Positions 13,623 through 26,378 of a DNA stretch of 64,000 nt are shown in pieces. The translations under genes and the position numbers were made by a program. Source of the DNA: Ostrea edulis (taxonomy: Eukaryota); the NCBI RefSeq assembly GCF_947568905.1, contig NC_079171.1, positions 71,362,001-71,426,000 on the forward strand, written 5' to 3'. Within the stretch, counting starts at the first letter, position 1, and every line of letters begins with the position of its first letter. The notes beneath the pieces were generated by a model. It made no database searches, was not told the origin of the DNA, and was given only the letters and a program-made list of their open reading frames with translations.

Positions 13623-15198
13623 CCTACCTTCAAAAAATAAAGGTTGGGGATTGAACACATTTTTCTGAAAACGTCATAGGCTTTAAAATAATGCAGGATA
13701 TTGTTTTGTAAATATGGAATGTCACTAACAATAAATACACAATAGAATATCATCAAAAGAAACCGTTTCCCTCTGATTTGGTTCCATCAATATTTTGGAA
13801 ATCAATAAAATAAGGTTTCGGAAAATGTCCAGCTATTTTGCAAAATTGTACATCATGGCTTCATAAGGTTGTTAGTGAAGGGGGATCTCCAGACAGACTG
13901 GACGTTAAGTTTGATTGTATATACTTCAGCTAAGGTGGGAGTATATGGCTGTAAACAAATTGGCGTTTCTTGAAAATATACAACAATATTCTTTTCATCG
14001 ATTCATCCAAACATCTTACATTCCCACTATTGAAAATCTAAAAAGCAAATGCGTTATGATATAGCACAATTAAAATACACTGATTTATAACACAGATAAT
14101 TGCTCACACCAAATGACACGGAAATTAAATTCGTAACACGCAAACTGATTACACTATTGGTCAACCACAATTTGCACGAAAGATAAACAGTTCAGAAATT
14201 GGATCAAATAAAAATTGTGTACAGTCTGTTATTGGACCAAATGGTGTTTAGTATGTTCATACGAATTGTTAGGTCATGTGTTTGCATACCGATTTCTACT
14301 GCAGATCGTTCTACGTATTTGAATAAGATATAGAGTTCGGGTCGGGTGCTACCGATCAACAGTGGATGCTTACTCCTCATTGGTACTTGATCCTACCCAG
14401 ATGATCAAGTATTCCTCAGTGGTACCTGATCATATCTCTAGTGTGTCCAGGGGTCAGTGTTTCCCAAATCTAATTTTTGCATTCCCTCGAAGAGTTATGA
14501 GATACACCAAGATCGCTATCTTCCTCATTCCATTGCATAATTCTAACTTCTGTAACACAAATTAATATCTATCAAAATATTATAAAAATAAAGCTTAACA
14601 TTAATTGTATTGACTCTTCGGATCATCTAAAATACACTAAAGTATCAACCAATTCAACATTATTCCCGGAACACTGCAATAGCTACTGATGAAAAAACAT
14701 CAATCAACATTTTAAATGTGCATTATAAGTAGGTGTAATTTGATAATCACAAAAATCGATAAATGTAATGGAAAATACATAATCTGATTTATAAATTAAA
14801 TCCATTATATTTGAAAATATTTCCCATTGATGAATGCTACTACATAAAGAATGCAGCTGATTTTAGGATTTTATCACGAGGATGTGAAGAAGTTAAAATG
14901 AATCACATATTTTGTGAAATTAAACTGAATATTGATAATATGTTTATCGAAACGTCTGTGGGTCTAGATCTCGTGAGCTTTGATTTGAACTTACCCAATT
15001 TAAACGAGAAATGTGTTGAAATTGTCAGGTGGTGTCCAACAATATATCTACACAACAGTTTTAAAAAAAATATTTATATAAATGATGGTTATGACCACTG
15101 GTGTATCACCAGTTAGTGTACATTTTTATAGGAAAACTATCACAGCAATGATATAATGCAAAATATAAGTGTAAAACTTATACGGTACCAATTTTGAT

Positions 15199-15242
15199 GC
15201 ATCAGATGCGCATTTCGACAAATAATGTCTCTTCAGTGATGC
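15199..15242 (-). ncRNA. Minimal type I hammerhead ribozyme with all helices intact, inside a retrozyme fragment (about 15171-15307)
   Basis: Minus strand: GCAUCA-CUGAAGA-GACA uuauu UGUC-GAA-AUGCGCAU-C/UGAUGC. Stem I is 6/6 Watson-Crick, stem II is 4/4, stem III is palindromic, and the cleavage triplet is AUC. Confidence 0.88.
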
Positions 15243-15519
15243 TCAACCGAAATGTTTGAAATCCGAAATGACTATGAAGTTTTAGATCTAAATATAGCCA
15301 AAAACAGTTTACAACATGTATGCACTGGACTAAGCTACAGCCGAGAAGAATGCGATTCAGTCTTATATTACAATATAGACCTAAATTTTAGAAGTCGTTA
15401 CAAATGTCATACATAATTATCGACATGACAATGGAAACAATCGTTCATTCGGAAATTACATTACTAAAGTTGTGTACTCCGCGAAGAAATGGATGTAAAT
15501 GTTCCGTCCGACCAACTTG

Positions 15520-15870
15520 AACATAATGCCTAGTGTATATCTGATGGATGATTAAAGTTTAAAGTCAGCAATTCGCAAATTATATAGTTGTTATGATGAT
15601 CTAGTTTTCCAATAAAACATATCAGTGAGTCTATTGCTGCCCCACGTGGTTCATACAAATAGTCACATCAGTCTTGGCATACTGATTTTGAATATTGGAT
15701 TATTCCGTTTCGCTGATGTGGACATAGGACGCAAGGTGGGTGTTTTCGGTCGCCCGAATATGCTTAATCATCCCAAGTACATTGTCTGACTTCTGGCACA
15801 TATAGTGGTCAGTGTCTGCCAACATCTTTCTTTTGACCACTGTTCGCTATCTTAGTCTTTCAACATAGTT
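15520..15870 (+). mobile_element. Ancient Naiad-type thumb and 3' UTR remnant
   Basis: aagtcagcaattcgcaaattatatagttgttatgatgatctagtt...cttggcatactgattttg aligns to the family. Confidence 0.6.
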
Positions 15871-16052
15871 CAGAGAGTAAAGTTAAAAGTTATACACGCT
15901 ACCATTCTTATTCCCTACTCAATCATACGAAAATATAGATATATTCTGAAATATACTACATTTCCCTTATTTATACTTGATAGGTATTGGGAAATTATGT
16001 CTCAGATATGGACAATGAACATTACTTGATCGTCGTTTATTCAAGTTCATGA

Positions 16053-16847
16053 TTGACCTGTTTTTATATTCATATGAAGCAGAATTTATTCAAAAACTTC
16101 TACGTGAGAAGAAAAAATATTTCGCTGTGACCTTCAATTCGACTTTTAGATATATCGATGACGTTTTGTCTATTAACAATGATAGCTTCCATTCATATGT
16201 CGATTTGATATATCCCTGTGAGCTCGAAATAAAGGACACCACAGAGTCGTCCACTTCTGCTTCATACTTAGATATTTTATTGAAAGTAGACATCAACGGC
16301 AAACTAACAACTCAACTGTATGACAAACGGGATGATTTCAGCTTCTCCATCGTCAACTTCCCACATTTATGTAGCAATATTCCATTATCACCTGCATATG
16401 GTGTTTATATATCTCAACTGATTCGATATGCAAGAGCTTTTCCTGGGTATAGTCAGTTTTTAAATCGAAGTAAGCTACTGACAAACAAGTTGATGGTACA
16501 GGGATTTCAACAGTCTCGATTGAAGTCAGCATTTCGCAAATTATATGGTCGTTATAACGATCTAGTTCGTCAATACAATCTCGCATTGGGTCAAATGCTG
16601 TCTGATGTGTTTCATACCGATTGTTAATCCGTTCTTAGCACCCTGATTTTGACAGCGGATAACTCCGTTTACCTGATCAGGATATGGGGCTCCCGGCGGG
16701 TGTGACCGGTAAACAGGGGATGCTTACTCCTCCTAGGCACCTGATCTCACCTCTGGTGTGTCCAGGAGTCCGTGTTTGCCCAACTATCTATTTTGTATTG
16801 CTTGTAGGAGTTATGAGATTGATCACTGTTCATTATCTTCACCTTGC
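16053..16847 (+). mobile_element. Young Naiad-type Penelope-like element, 5'-truncated; open RT C-terminal half (track ORF 16049-16627)
   Basis: DLFLYSYEA..FRYIDDVLSINN..ASYLDILL..LYDKRDDFSFSIVNFP..PAYGVYISQLIRYAR..FHTDC*. The ORF stops after the thumb and is followed by a 220-bp UTR ending ttcaccttgc. Confidence 0.92.
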
Positions 16848-18319
16848 TTTTAATCTACTGTCATTATGCTATACTTTTTGATAAATTGATATGACCTATA
16901 TCGCAAAATTCGTTTGGATATTTCGAAATTCATAAAGAGAAACTACTAACGTATATATGAGTTTAAGCAGTGGTCCAGTAATTTTGCAATTATCCACACT
17001 TACCCTTATATTACGTTGATATGTATCTCTATTATCAGCTTATTATCGCTTTATATATCACCCGGTCTTTACCATTTACATATGGTGTTTTGAGAGTCTC
17101 AGCTTAGTCTAACATTTAGGCGAGAAGGTAGATCTGGGTACCAAAAATTGTCACTACACCACTCACGCTGTTATGGGCAATATCTCCAGATACTATGTTA
17201 TACAGGGCTTCCTCAAGATCTAAAGAATACTGACACATAATGGCTGTTATTGTTATCAAAACACTTCCCCTAGGTCGGTTCAGACCACATTTTCTGCAGA
17301 TATCACTTCACCTGGAATATATGGTTAAATATTTGATTTACAGAGAGCTTACCATTGATCATGATACGAGAAAAATGGGGTGTTAACTAATAACTGGTCC
17401 TTTAAGGGAATTAGTATGGAATATTGAATGAAAAAAAGTTTGGATAATTTCAAGTACATTTATACTCGGCCTGGCCTTACTCAGAAATGAAATGTCAATG
17501 CAGAACCACACTCCCGTGTGATATTTATGGTGTTAGTTTGATTTTTTTTATGGCGCGATGAATAACCAACTTCGATTCCTTCAGGGGCTTTCTTATCACC
17601 TGCGTCAAAATGAAGTTGAGATCGTTTTGAAAACGTGGGAGGGGTTAATGATGATTAAGCTTTACAAAACAATGGCTGGAGAACAAATGGCATTTTCGTA
17701 AAATGAAATCGTGTCAATTACAGTATGTATATTAGTGATACATTCAATGTACATTGATTATTCATGGATGCAGACGTTTCACAATGAGTTATGTTGATGC
17801 ACATATTTAACATATGGACTTAGAGGGGTATCATAAATTTGGGGAGATGGGTGAGAAAGGAGAGTGGTCGGATTTCCATCAGTGCCATGAAATTAGCTAG
17901 TATTGTTTCATTTTGTTATGAGGACACGATATGAAATAAAAAAAAAGTTTTATTTTATGTGTTTTACTTACATTACATGTTGTAAAACTTTACACCACTT
18001 GACGTTACAATGAAAACATGCGTGAAAACGGTGTACGGTAACTATTGGTATGCTTGCATCACAGGGAAAGTGTCAATATGTGTTGTCGTTATTTACTAGC
18101 GTTATCGAGTGATAGCCTGCATACCTGAAACATTTCTTGTCAAATGCTTGGCAAATCATTATATGAAAAGAGAAGATAACAAACAGTGGTCAATCTCATT
18201 ACTTCTATAAGCAATACAAAATAGAGAATTGGGCAAACACGGATATAATCAGGTGCCTAGGAGGAGTAAGTATCCCCTGCCAAAATAACTATATATGTCT
18301 TTATGATGACAAATCACCC

Positions 18320-18850
18320 CTGCGGCTGAGTTAAGGCTTTCCTCATGAATGCCAGTGCTGTAAAAAATGTACTTTACCGCACTGGCACATTATATGACGT
18401 CACAATGAAAAATACGTCATGATGAAGGTCATGACGTAAATATATACGTTCCTTTGCGGTTGGAAATGTCAAAATATGTTTTCGTTATTTACCACCGCTG
18501 TCAAATAATAAACCGCAATCGTGTAAAATGTTCAGTCAAATGGGTTATATTGATTCTCTTTAATATTGAAATAGTTTGAATTTCACCTTTATATAACATA
18601 CATGCTAAAGTAATAACCATATTATATTGTGATCTTGATATCGCTCCTAATCTGCACGTATAATGACTTTCACAATGGACTCATTTGCATAAACAGGGTT
18701 TTCGTAAATACAAACTTCATCATTGGCACGACACCCCGAGGTTTTTGAGTGATAGATGTTTGATTTATGTGACATGTGAACTTAAGTACAGAAGGAAAGG
18801 TAGGGAAGCCGGTTGTGGCTTCGACAGAAAACATGTTTTTTAGGCTTACT
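18320..18850. repeat. Unclassified interspersed repeat with two subterminal hairpins; inverted copy at about 51560-52100, older copies at about 17990, 20260, 21400, 24670 and 41985
   Basis: Shared motifs ctgagttaaggctttcc and tgacgtcacaatgaaaa; hairpins at 18350-18387 and 18413-18438. Confidence 0.65.
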
Positions 18851-19190
18851 CCCCCTAGGCACCTGATCACACCTCTGGTCTTTCCAGGGATCCGTGTTTG
18901 TCCAACTATCTATTTTGTATTGGTTATAGGAGTTATGAGTTTGATCAATGTTCGTTATCTTCACCTTGCATTGTACATAAACAGTAACAGAATACAGCTT
19001 TAACAGCAATGTAACCTTTTCTTAGATATATTAATCCTAACACTGTCTCCATATGAGTGAAAAATTCTCGAGCGAGACGTTAAGCAATATGCAAGGTGAA
19101 GATAACGAACAGTAACCAATCTCATAACTCCTACAAGCAATACAAAATATATAGTTGGGCAAACACGGACCCCTGGACACACCATAGGTG
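18844..19190. mobile_element. Tail-to-tail Naiad-type 3' ends (18844-18971 plus; 19089-19190 minus)
   Basis: ...ttcaccttgcat, then about 118 bp, then atgcaaggtgaa... Confidence 0.8.
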
Positions 19191-22100
19191 TCAAGTTTAA
19201 ATCATCAATGAAGGTCATGTTCGACCAGAAGATTGTTTAAATTAGAATATGTATGTAAGACCCTTACGTCCAGGAACACAAACGACAGTGAGAATCCAAT
19301 GGTACAATATCTTAGGATATACTTTGTTTGAACGCCCTGAAACCATAAAACATATTATAGTACATTCATTGAGATAATGTGCGTGTGTTTTAAGGTTGTG
19401 GCGATATCGCATTTCTTTCAGGTTTAATTGACTGATCAGCAAACATATAAAAAAAAATCGTGACTATTTTGCTTTTATTTGTCATTATATGGTACATTTT
19501 CTTTGAGCTGCTATAATTCATAAAAGGCGAAGGTAACAAACACTTATCACTAAACTAGGTTAAGGGCTTACATAGTAAAATGTACAATAATGATGGATTG
19601 AAATTACACCTCACATTCACGGGTATCATTACAATCGTTACGGTTAAACACCTAAATGATTCAACGCATATGTTGACTGTGACTTAGCTACCGCAAATTA
19701 CCATCATTGTAATGTCCTGTGACATCAGTTGAATATCACGTAACACTTCATTTTTGGAAAACAGCAATATACCCTACTTGTTTTCAAAAGTTCGGGTTCA
19801 TGCGGGTAAAATATAAAAATCCTTAACACGAAAAATGTTTGAAGCAAATGTACACTCGAACTAAAATGCTATAAGTTATTGACATATCAACAGTGATCAG
19901 TGAATTACCGAGGTTGTCCACATCCCTATGTATATCATACCGTTAATATAAAAGACATATATTGCTCCCCGCACCTTTCAAACGCATAGATATATCTGTA
20001 TTGTATTTCAGAAGAAAAAAATGTAAATTGTTGTTTTATAGCAGATGAATCTGAAAAATTGGACTGTTTCTGTAGTATGAGATAATTGATGTACACGAGG
20101 GCATGTTTAAACGCACCAGCCATTCAGATTAGGGGCGATTTCAAGGTCACAATTTAATATGAATATCACCTTCGTTCATCAAATATACTAAAAATGGAGA
20201 ATCATTTGATATCATAAAGAAATAATATATAAAATCATTTGACAAGAAATGTTTTCAAATATACAGCTTACCACTTGATAACAGTTGTAAATAACGACAA
20301 CATATTATGACACTTTCCCAGCGATACATATTTCAGAACATGTACGCTGAGACGTACTCTTTCATTGTTACGTTTTATAGTGCGAAGTACACAGAGGTAC
20401 ATTTATTACATCACTGTGATTTTTCTGGGATAAACTTAACTCAGCTGCGCAATCTCATAACTTATATAACAAATACAAAATAGAGAGTGGTGCACCCATG
20501 GACCCCTGGAGAAACCAGAGGTGGAACCAGGTGCCTAGGAGGAATAAACATCGCTTGACTGGTATCACCGGTCGACATGGGTGCTTACCTCTGCTTGGCA
20601 CGGGCTTCCACCTTTGGTATGTCCAGGGGTCCGTGTTTGTACACCTCTTTAAGTTTTTGTCCTCATGGGAAATATGCCATTGATCATTACTCGTTTTCTT
20701 AACTTCTCACTAAAACCTTGGTATATTATGTATGAATATATCTTGTCCACTGTAATAGCAATCAACTCCAGCGAAAAGAAAACATCATATTTGATTTGCT
20801 ATTATAGCTTTGAGTAAACAGTTAAGGACAAGGATTCAGATAAGATAGTTACAATGATAAGTTTAACTTTCCCAGGGACTGTTAGTATTTTCTAGCAAAC
20901 AACCGATAACATTGGCAAAATACTGTTTTTTACTGTTGATTTTATAAGCTGCATCACTAGTAGATACATTCATATATTCAACTTTGTTCGGGTGTTTCGA
21001 TAACGGCATTCGTGGAATGAAGAACAATACTAGATCAATTGCTCAAATTTGTGAGGAAAGTCCCAGCATATACTGCATTTTTTCTCTAAAGTCAAACGAA
21101 AACTCGCTAATTAAGCGAAAACTTACTACAAACAACATGTTATAAAAATTTATATGACCTTTGTGTAAATGAATATTGTTTTGAAAATGCCTCCTGGCAA
21201 AATGTCTTTGACATACAATGCCGTGCTACAAAATTCCAAAATTAAACAATAATCTTATTTTAAAGAAGATGCTTACTCATCCTAGTCATCTAATCCCACC
21301 TTTGGAACGTGTCTTAGGGGCGTCTGCAGAGTATCTGTGTTCAAAATGTATAATGGTAGCTGACACAGTCTACATCGACCCCACTTTCACTCACTTTGCG
21401 TACACAGCTTATCACTTAATGTCGGTTGTAAATAACGACAACATAGTATGGCACTTTCCCCACGATTACAACTATCATAACATGTACGTTGTGACGTACT
21501 TTTTCATTGTGACGTCCTATGGTACGAAGTGCACAGGGGTTCATTTATAACAGCACTGAATTTTTTTCTCTCGGATAGTCTTAACTGAGTTGTGTATCAA
21601 ACCACTCTCCATTTTTGCTATATAATGTACAGGAAGGTAAAATCCATAATGTATGTGGCATAGAAACCGCCCCAAGTCTGAATGACAAATGTGTTTAACA
21701 ATCAATTTATGTGAATGACTAATCACATTGTACATAAACAGTGGCCAAACTCAGCTAAAACCAGCACTACAGTTTTTTTCTGAGATATATTTTAGATATA
21801 GTATATCCGATAACTGTTTAGATCGTCAGTGAAGGTCATGGTCTACAAGAGAAGTGTTTAGATTTAAAGATATATGTAACAACCGTATGTCCAAGAACAC
21901 AAACCACAGTAAGAGATCGATGTCACAATATGTTGGGGTATGTTGGGTAAACGATGACACATATCATATAACATTGATTCAGAACTTTTATGCGTATCTT
22001 AATGTCATGGCGAAGTCTTATTTCTGTTCAGGTTAAAAAGATTTATCCTGAAACATTACAAAAATAGATCGCTGTTAATGCATATAATACATAAATATTT

Positions 22101-22580
22101 CCATTCTGTTGTGAGAGATAAATGTACCCGTCATTACTCGATATTGTATTCGTCGTGGCTATCGCCATTTTGCAGGGTGTGTGAAATGTGCCACCGGCTC
22201 AATAATCGTGATCAAGTGGAATTCAAAAAATATATTTTAATATCGATCTAAACGTATTAACTCCATTCAATATAGACATTAAAGCAATGTCGATTATTAA
22301 TGAATTAGAATTAATATATTACATATATCAATAGAAGCAAAGATGTAGCCAACAAATGATTTAATACTGAAAAATCATGAATTAATCACATTTGACCAAA
22401 ACGTATATGTAATCTGAATAATACAATGATATATGTATAACAAGTAGATTCCATGAAAAAATTCCGAGGATTTCTGGCACAGTAGAATAAATCACGGTTA
22501 GATAATCCTCGTAGTTGAACTTTACAGAAGTATATTCAATGGGCCTGTACGATGTAAAATTTAGTCTAATACCATATGCA

Positions 22581-22670
22581 ATAATGTCTCTTCAGTGATG
22601 CTCAAACTAAATGTTTGAAATCCGAAATAATTATGAAGTTTTAGAGCTAAATATAGGCAAAAACAGCGTT
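22581..22670 (-). repeat. Retrozyme-family fragment with only the 5' half of the hammerhead
   Basis: ataatgtctcttcagtgatgctc...gaagttttagagctaaatat matches 3185-3265. Confidence 0.75.
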
Positions 22671-22729
22671 ACATTAAAGGTATCCATTATTTCTGTGATA
22701 TCTGGTCTTGATACAAGCATACAGTTCTG

Positions 22730-22835
22730 GGGTACACACACTTCCGGAGTACACGCACTTCCGGGACGCACACACTGTTCTGCGATACACATTTCCAGGA
22801 CACACAGTTCAGGCACACACACACACACATGTCCG
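22730..22835. repeat. Degenerate CA-rich mini-repeat (cacacacttccgg-like)
   Basis: gtacacacacttccggagtacacgcacttccgggacgcacacac...cacacacacacacatgtccgg. Confidence 0.55.
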
Positions 22836-25800
22836 GGATATAGTTTTAAGGGAATATTTTGGGACCTACATAGAAACCAGAAAATACAAAGATTAAGTTA
22901 GCAAGGCAATGCTCACATAGTTCAACTTGTAGCGCTACCTTTACACATAAACTTAATGGTATTTAACTAAATGAATCACATTTGATAATACATTACTTAA
23001 TACTTTACAAATACGGAACATTTGATATATACAGAAGTGAATACGGACACATGGTTACACATTACGAAAACACATATCGATGAAAGAAATACCCAAAGTA
23101 ACACATAAAACAATTTATTAACTTTAGTTTTTTAACAGAATAGAAAACACAAATTTGAGCAAAGTTATTCCAGGACCATAAAATTAACAAAGCGTAAGAA
23201 ATAGAAAACATAACACCACATTAATATTTATAGAAAATTTACCTCCGTCAGTCAAGTGTCTGTATTATTAATGAAGTTTTACAAAAAAATATAACCCAAA
23301 ATACCTGAACACCAATCAAACACGAATTCCGTGCAGCATGAGTCTAAAATGAATAGCTAAACCCAGAACTCAGTTATATCAGACACAGGTAAACAGGGTA
23401 TCATACGGTGTGAATATATTAACTAATAGAAGAGGTCCTGAAAAGGATAATTATACATACAAATTGAAATAAGTACACAAGTAAATGTGACAAGTTATAA
23501 TTCAATTGCAACTGCTAGTAGTTATTTGGTGTCACTTCAGTATATGATTTAAGATTGTAGCTAACACCGTCTACATCCAGCCCACTTTCTCTAGGTCCCT
23601 TATTATCGGGCATATGCTCAATGAATAATATCTTTTATGAATATAGAACTATCACCAATTAATGTTACATTTGTTTCAATATGTTATACATTTTAGAAAC
23701 TGATGTGGAAAATGTTGCTTGATTTCTGAATGAGTACTTCTTAGTACATATATACAAATGAGAGAAAATGAGAGAAAAAAGAGAGACAAATGACATTATA
23801 TCAAATTTGCATGATTCATGGGATTTTCTTTAAATATGATTTACGGGAAAGTATCAGTTGTGTACAGGTCAATGCTTTCAAAACTCTGTCATACTGGGCT
23901 TCCTCAAGATGTAATAAATACTGGTAAGCACTGTCTGTGATTATTATCAAAACACCTTTTATTGGGTAGTATCAGAACATTGTCACTCCAGAAGTCACTC
24001 CACGTGAAATATATTGTTAAATGTTTAAAGGCGGCTTATCATTAGTCACGATACACGTAAAAATGTGGGTGTTAACTTATAATCGGGTTTTTAAAGGAAT
24101 TGGCATGGCATATTGAATAGTAAAGCATATAAGTGTTGATGACTTCAAGTAGATCTATACTAGACCTAAGTCACAATAAGATGTAGACACGGTTTCCGTT
24201 TTCCCACAATGGGGCCTTTGTTTGATTTTTACATGCCACTATGATAATCCGTCATCGATTCCCCCACAGCTGTTCTTATTACCTGAGGTCAAATTAAAGT
24301 ATATATTTTGTTAAAAAGGGGGACGGGGTAAGGAGATTAAAACTTTAGAAAGAAATCGGTTGGAGAACAAATTATATGTTTGCGGATGTATTATACATAT
24401 CCATGATGAATTCAGTGTACATTTAGTATTCATGGATGTAAACGTGTGGCAATGATCTGAGTTTGTGCATATTGAATTTCGGGGACATCATCAAGTTGGG
24501 AAGACGGATGGGAAAGGGGAGGGGTCAGACCAATTCAGTCTTCTACCAGTAACATGGTATTAGCTAATTATGTTTCATTTTGTTATGATGATACGGTGTG
24601 AATGGTATTTTCTTTTAATTCCATGTGTTTATTTACATTGCTTGCATGTATGGTAAAACCTGATGCAACTTACTAAGGTTACCCGAGAGAGAAAAAAAGC
24701 AGTGCTGATATAAATGTGACTGTGGACTTTGCAACATTTGACGTCACAATGGAAACGTACCTCAGAACGTACTACGTTACATGTTCCCATGCTTTCATCG
24801 CGGAGAAGGTGTCAAAATATCCTGTCGTTATTTACTGCCTTTGTCAAGTGACACATGAAACATGTTCTTGTCATATGTTTGCCAAATAATTATATACCAT
24901 TCCTTTATGATGAAAGACCACTCTTCATTTTTTAATATATAATGTACAGGAAGGTCATATCCGCATTATATTGTAACGTTGAATCCGCCCCTAATTTTAA
25001 AGACTAAGGTTTTCAAAAAATCACGTATATGCATAAATAATATCTGTTTGCACACACATTGGCAAATTTTCGGTGCATATATATAACCCACAGCATGAGG
25101 TTTTTTCTGAGACATATTCAATATATCTTTATGCGTCTGAAAGGTGTAGGAAACAACGTCTGTCTTGTGTGTTAGAAATATGGTGTCTATAGGGATGTGA
25201 ATAATCCCGGCAATTCGTAATGAATGTGGATATGTTTTTAAGGTATATGCTGGACAGCATCCCTAATCATAAGGTTCAGTTTATATCCTGGTGTTCAAAA
25301 ATCCAAGTATAGACTACCTTTTACCAACATATTCTAAAATCCCCATTGAATAGAGCAAAGTTGTGTGCAAATACGATGTGGACCTAATTGTCTGTTGACG
25401 TAAGGTAAAAGTGAATCAACTGTGACATCATGCATACTTGTTCTTTTATATGAACGGTGCTAAAGACTGCGTTTATGTCTCTAGGTTTTTGGGAAGAGTC
25501 TCATCATATAAACGTTATTTATTTGTGGACTAGTCACATTCCCTACATTGTCGTTATCAGTATTGTGTTGCATCCGTAACATAATACAGTGTTTGGATTT
25601 TTGATCCAGTGATTTTCTCATTTTCTATGAAAGGTGATGTTTAATGCTGTGTTGTTTGTATGACAGTATTTCTTTTCTAGAATATCAACAATATCAATAT
25701 CAAAAGAGGGTTAGTAGAAATAGCATAGTATGCGTATGTTCTCGTATCGCCAAAAAGCTTAGTCACTATATAATGTTTTTCATTCGGTGGACATGTAGTC

Positions 25801-25854
25801 ACTTTGTTTAAAATGTTCGAAATTCAGAGAACCCCTATTTTTTAACTCGTAGAA

Positions 25855-26378
25855 AAACGGGATGAGTGTAGCTTCTCCGTGGTCAACTTCCCAGATTTAT
25901 GTAGCAATATTCCACTCTCATCTGCATATGGTGTTAATATCACTCAAGCAATTCGATACCCAATTGCTTGCTCTGCACTTGTTCAGTTTATAAATCAAGG
26001 AGAGCTACTGACAAACAAGTTGATGGTACAGGGGTTTCAACAGTATCCTTTAAAGTCATCATTTCAAAAACTCTATGGTCGTTATGATGAATTAGTTTGC
26101 ATATACAACCAAGCATTGTATCGAATGCTGTCTGACGTCTTTCATACCGATTATAAGACCTTTCTTGACACACTGATTTTGATTAAGGACAATTCCAATT
26201 ACCTGATCAAGATAGACGTTTCATGGCGGGTGTGACCGGTCGACATGGAATGCAAATTTCTCCTAAGCACCTTGTCCAAGTTTGGTGTGTCCAGGGGTCT
26301 GCGTTTGCCCAACTATATATTTAGTAGTCCTTATAGGGCTTATACAATTGATCAATATTCGTTAGCATCACCTTTCAC
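25855..26378 (+). mobile_element. Diverged Naiad-type thumb and 3' UTR; one insertion present four times with a shared 5' flank (also 34106-34630, 43182-43705, 52462-52894)
   Basis: Track ORFs 25879, 34130, 43206 and 52446 are the same decayed segment, with shared flank aaagag.gttagtagaaata...cttag.cact and tail cctttcac. Confidence 0.85.

Noticed and set aside
16630-16847. HDV-like or hammerhead ribozyme, or SECIS, in the Naiad-type 3' UTR
   Set aside because: I could not build the P1/P3/P1.1 pseudoknot or a CUGANGA..GAAA core, and the open RT segment has no in-frame TGA.
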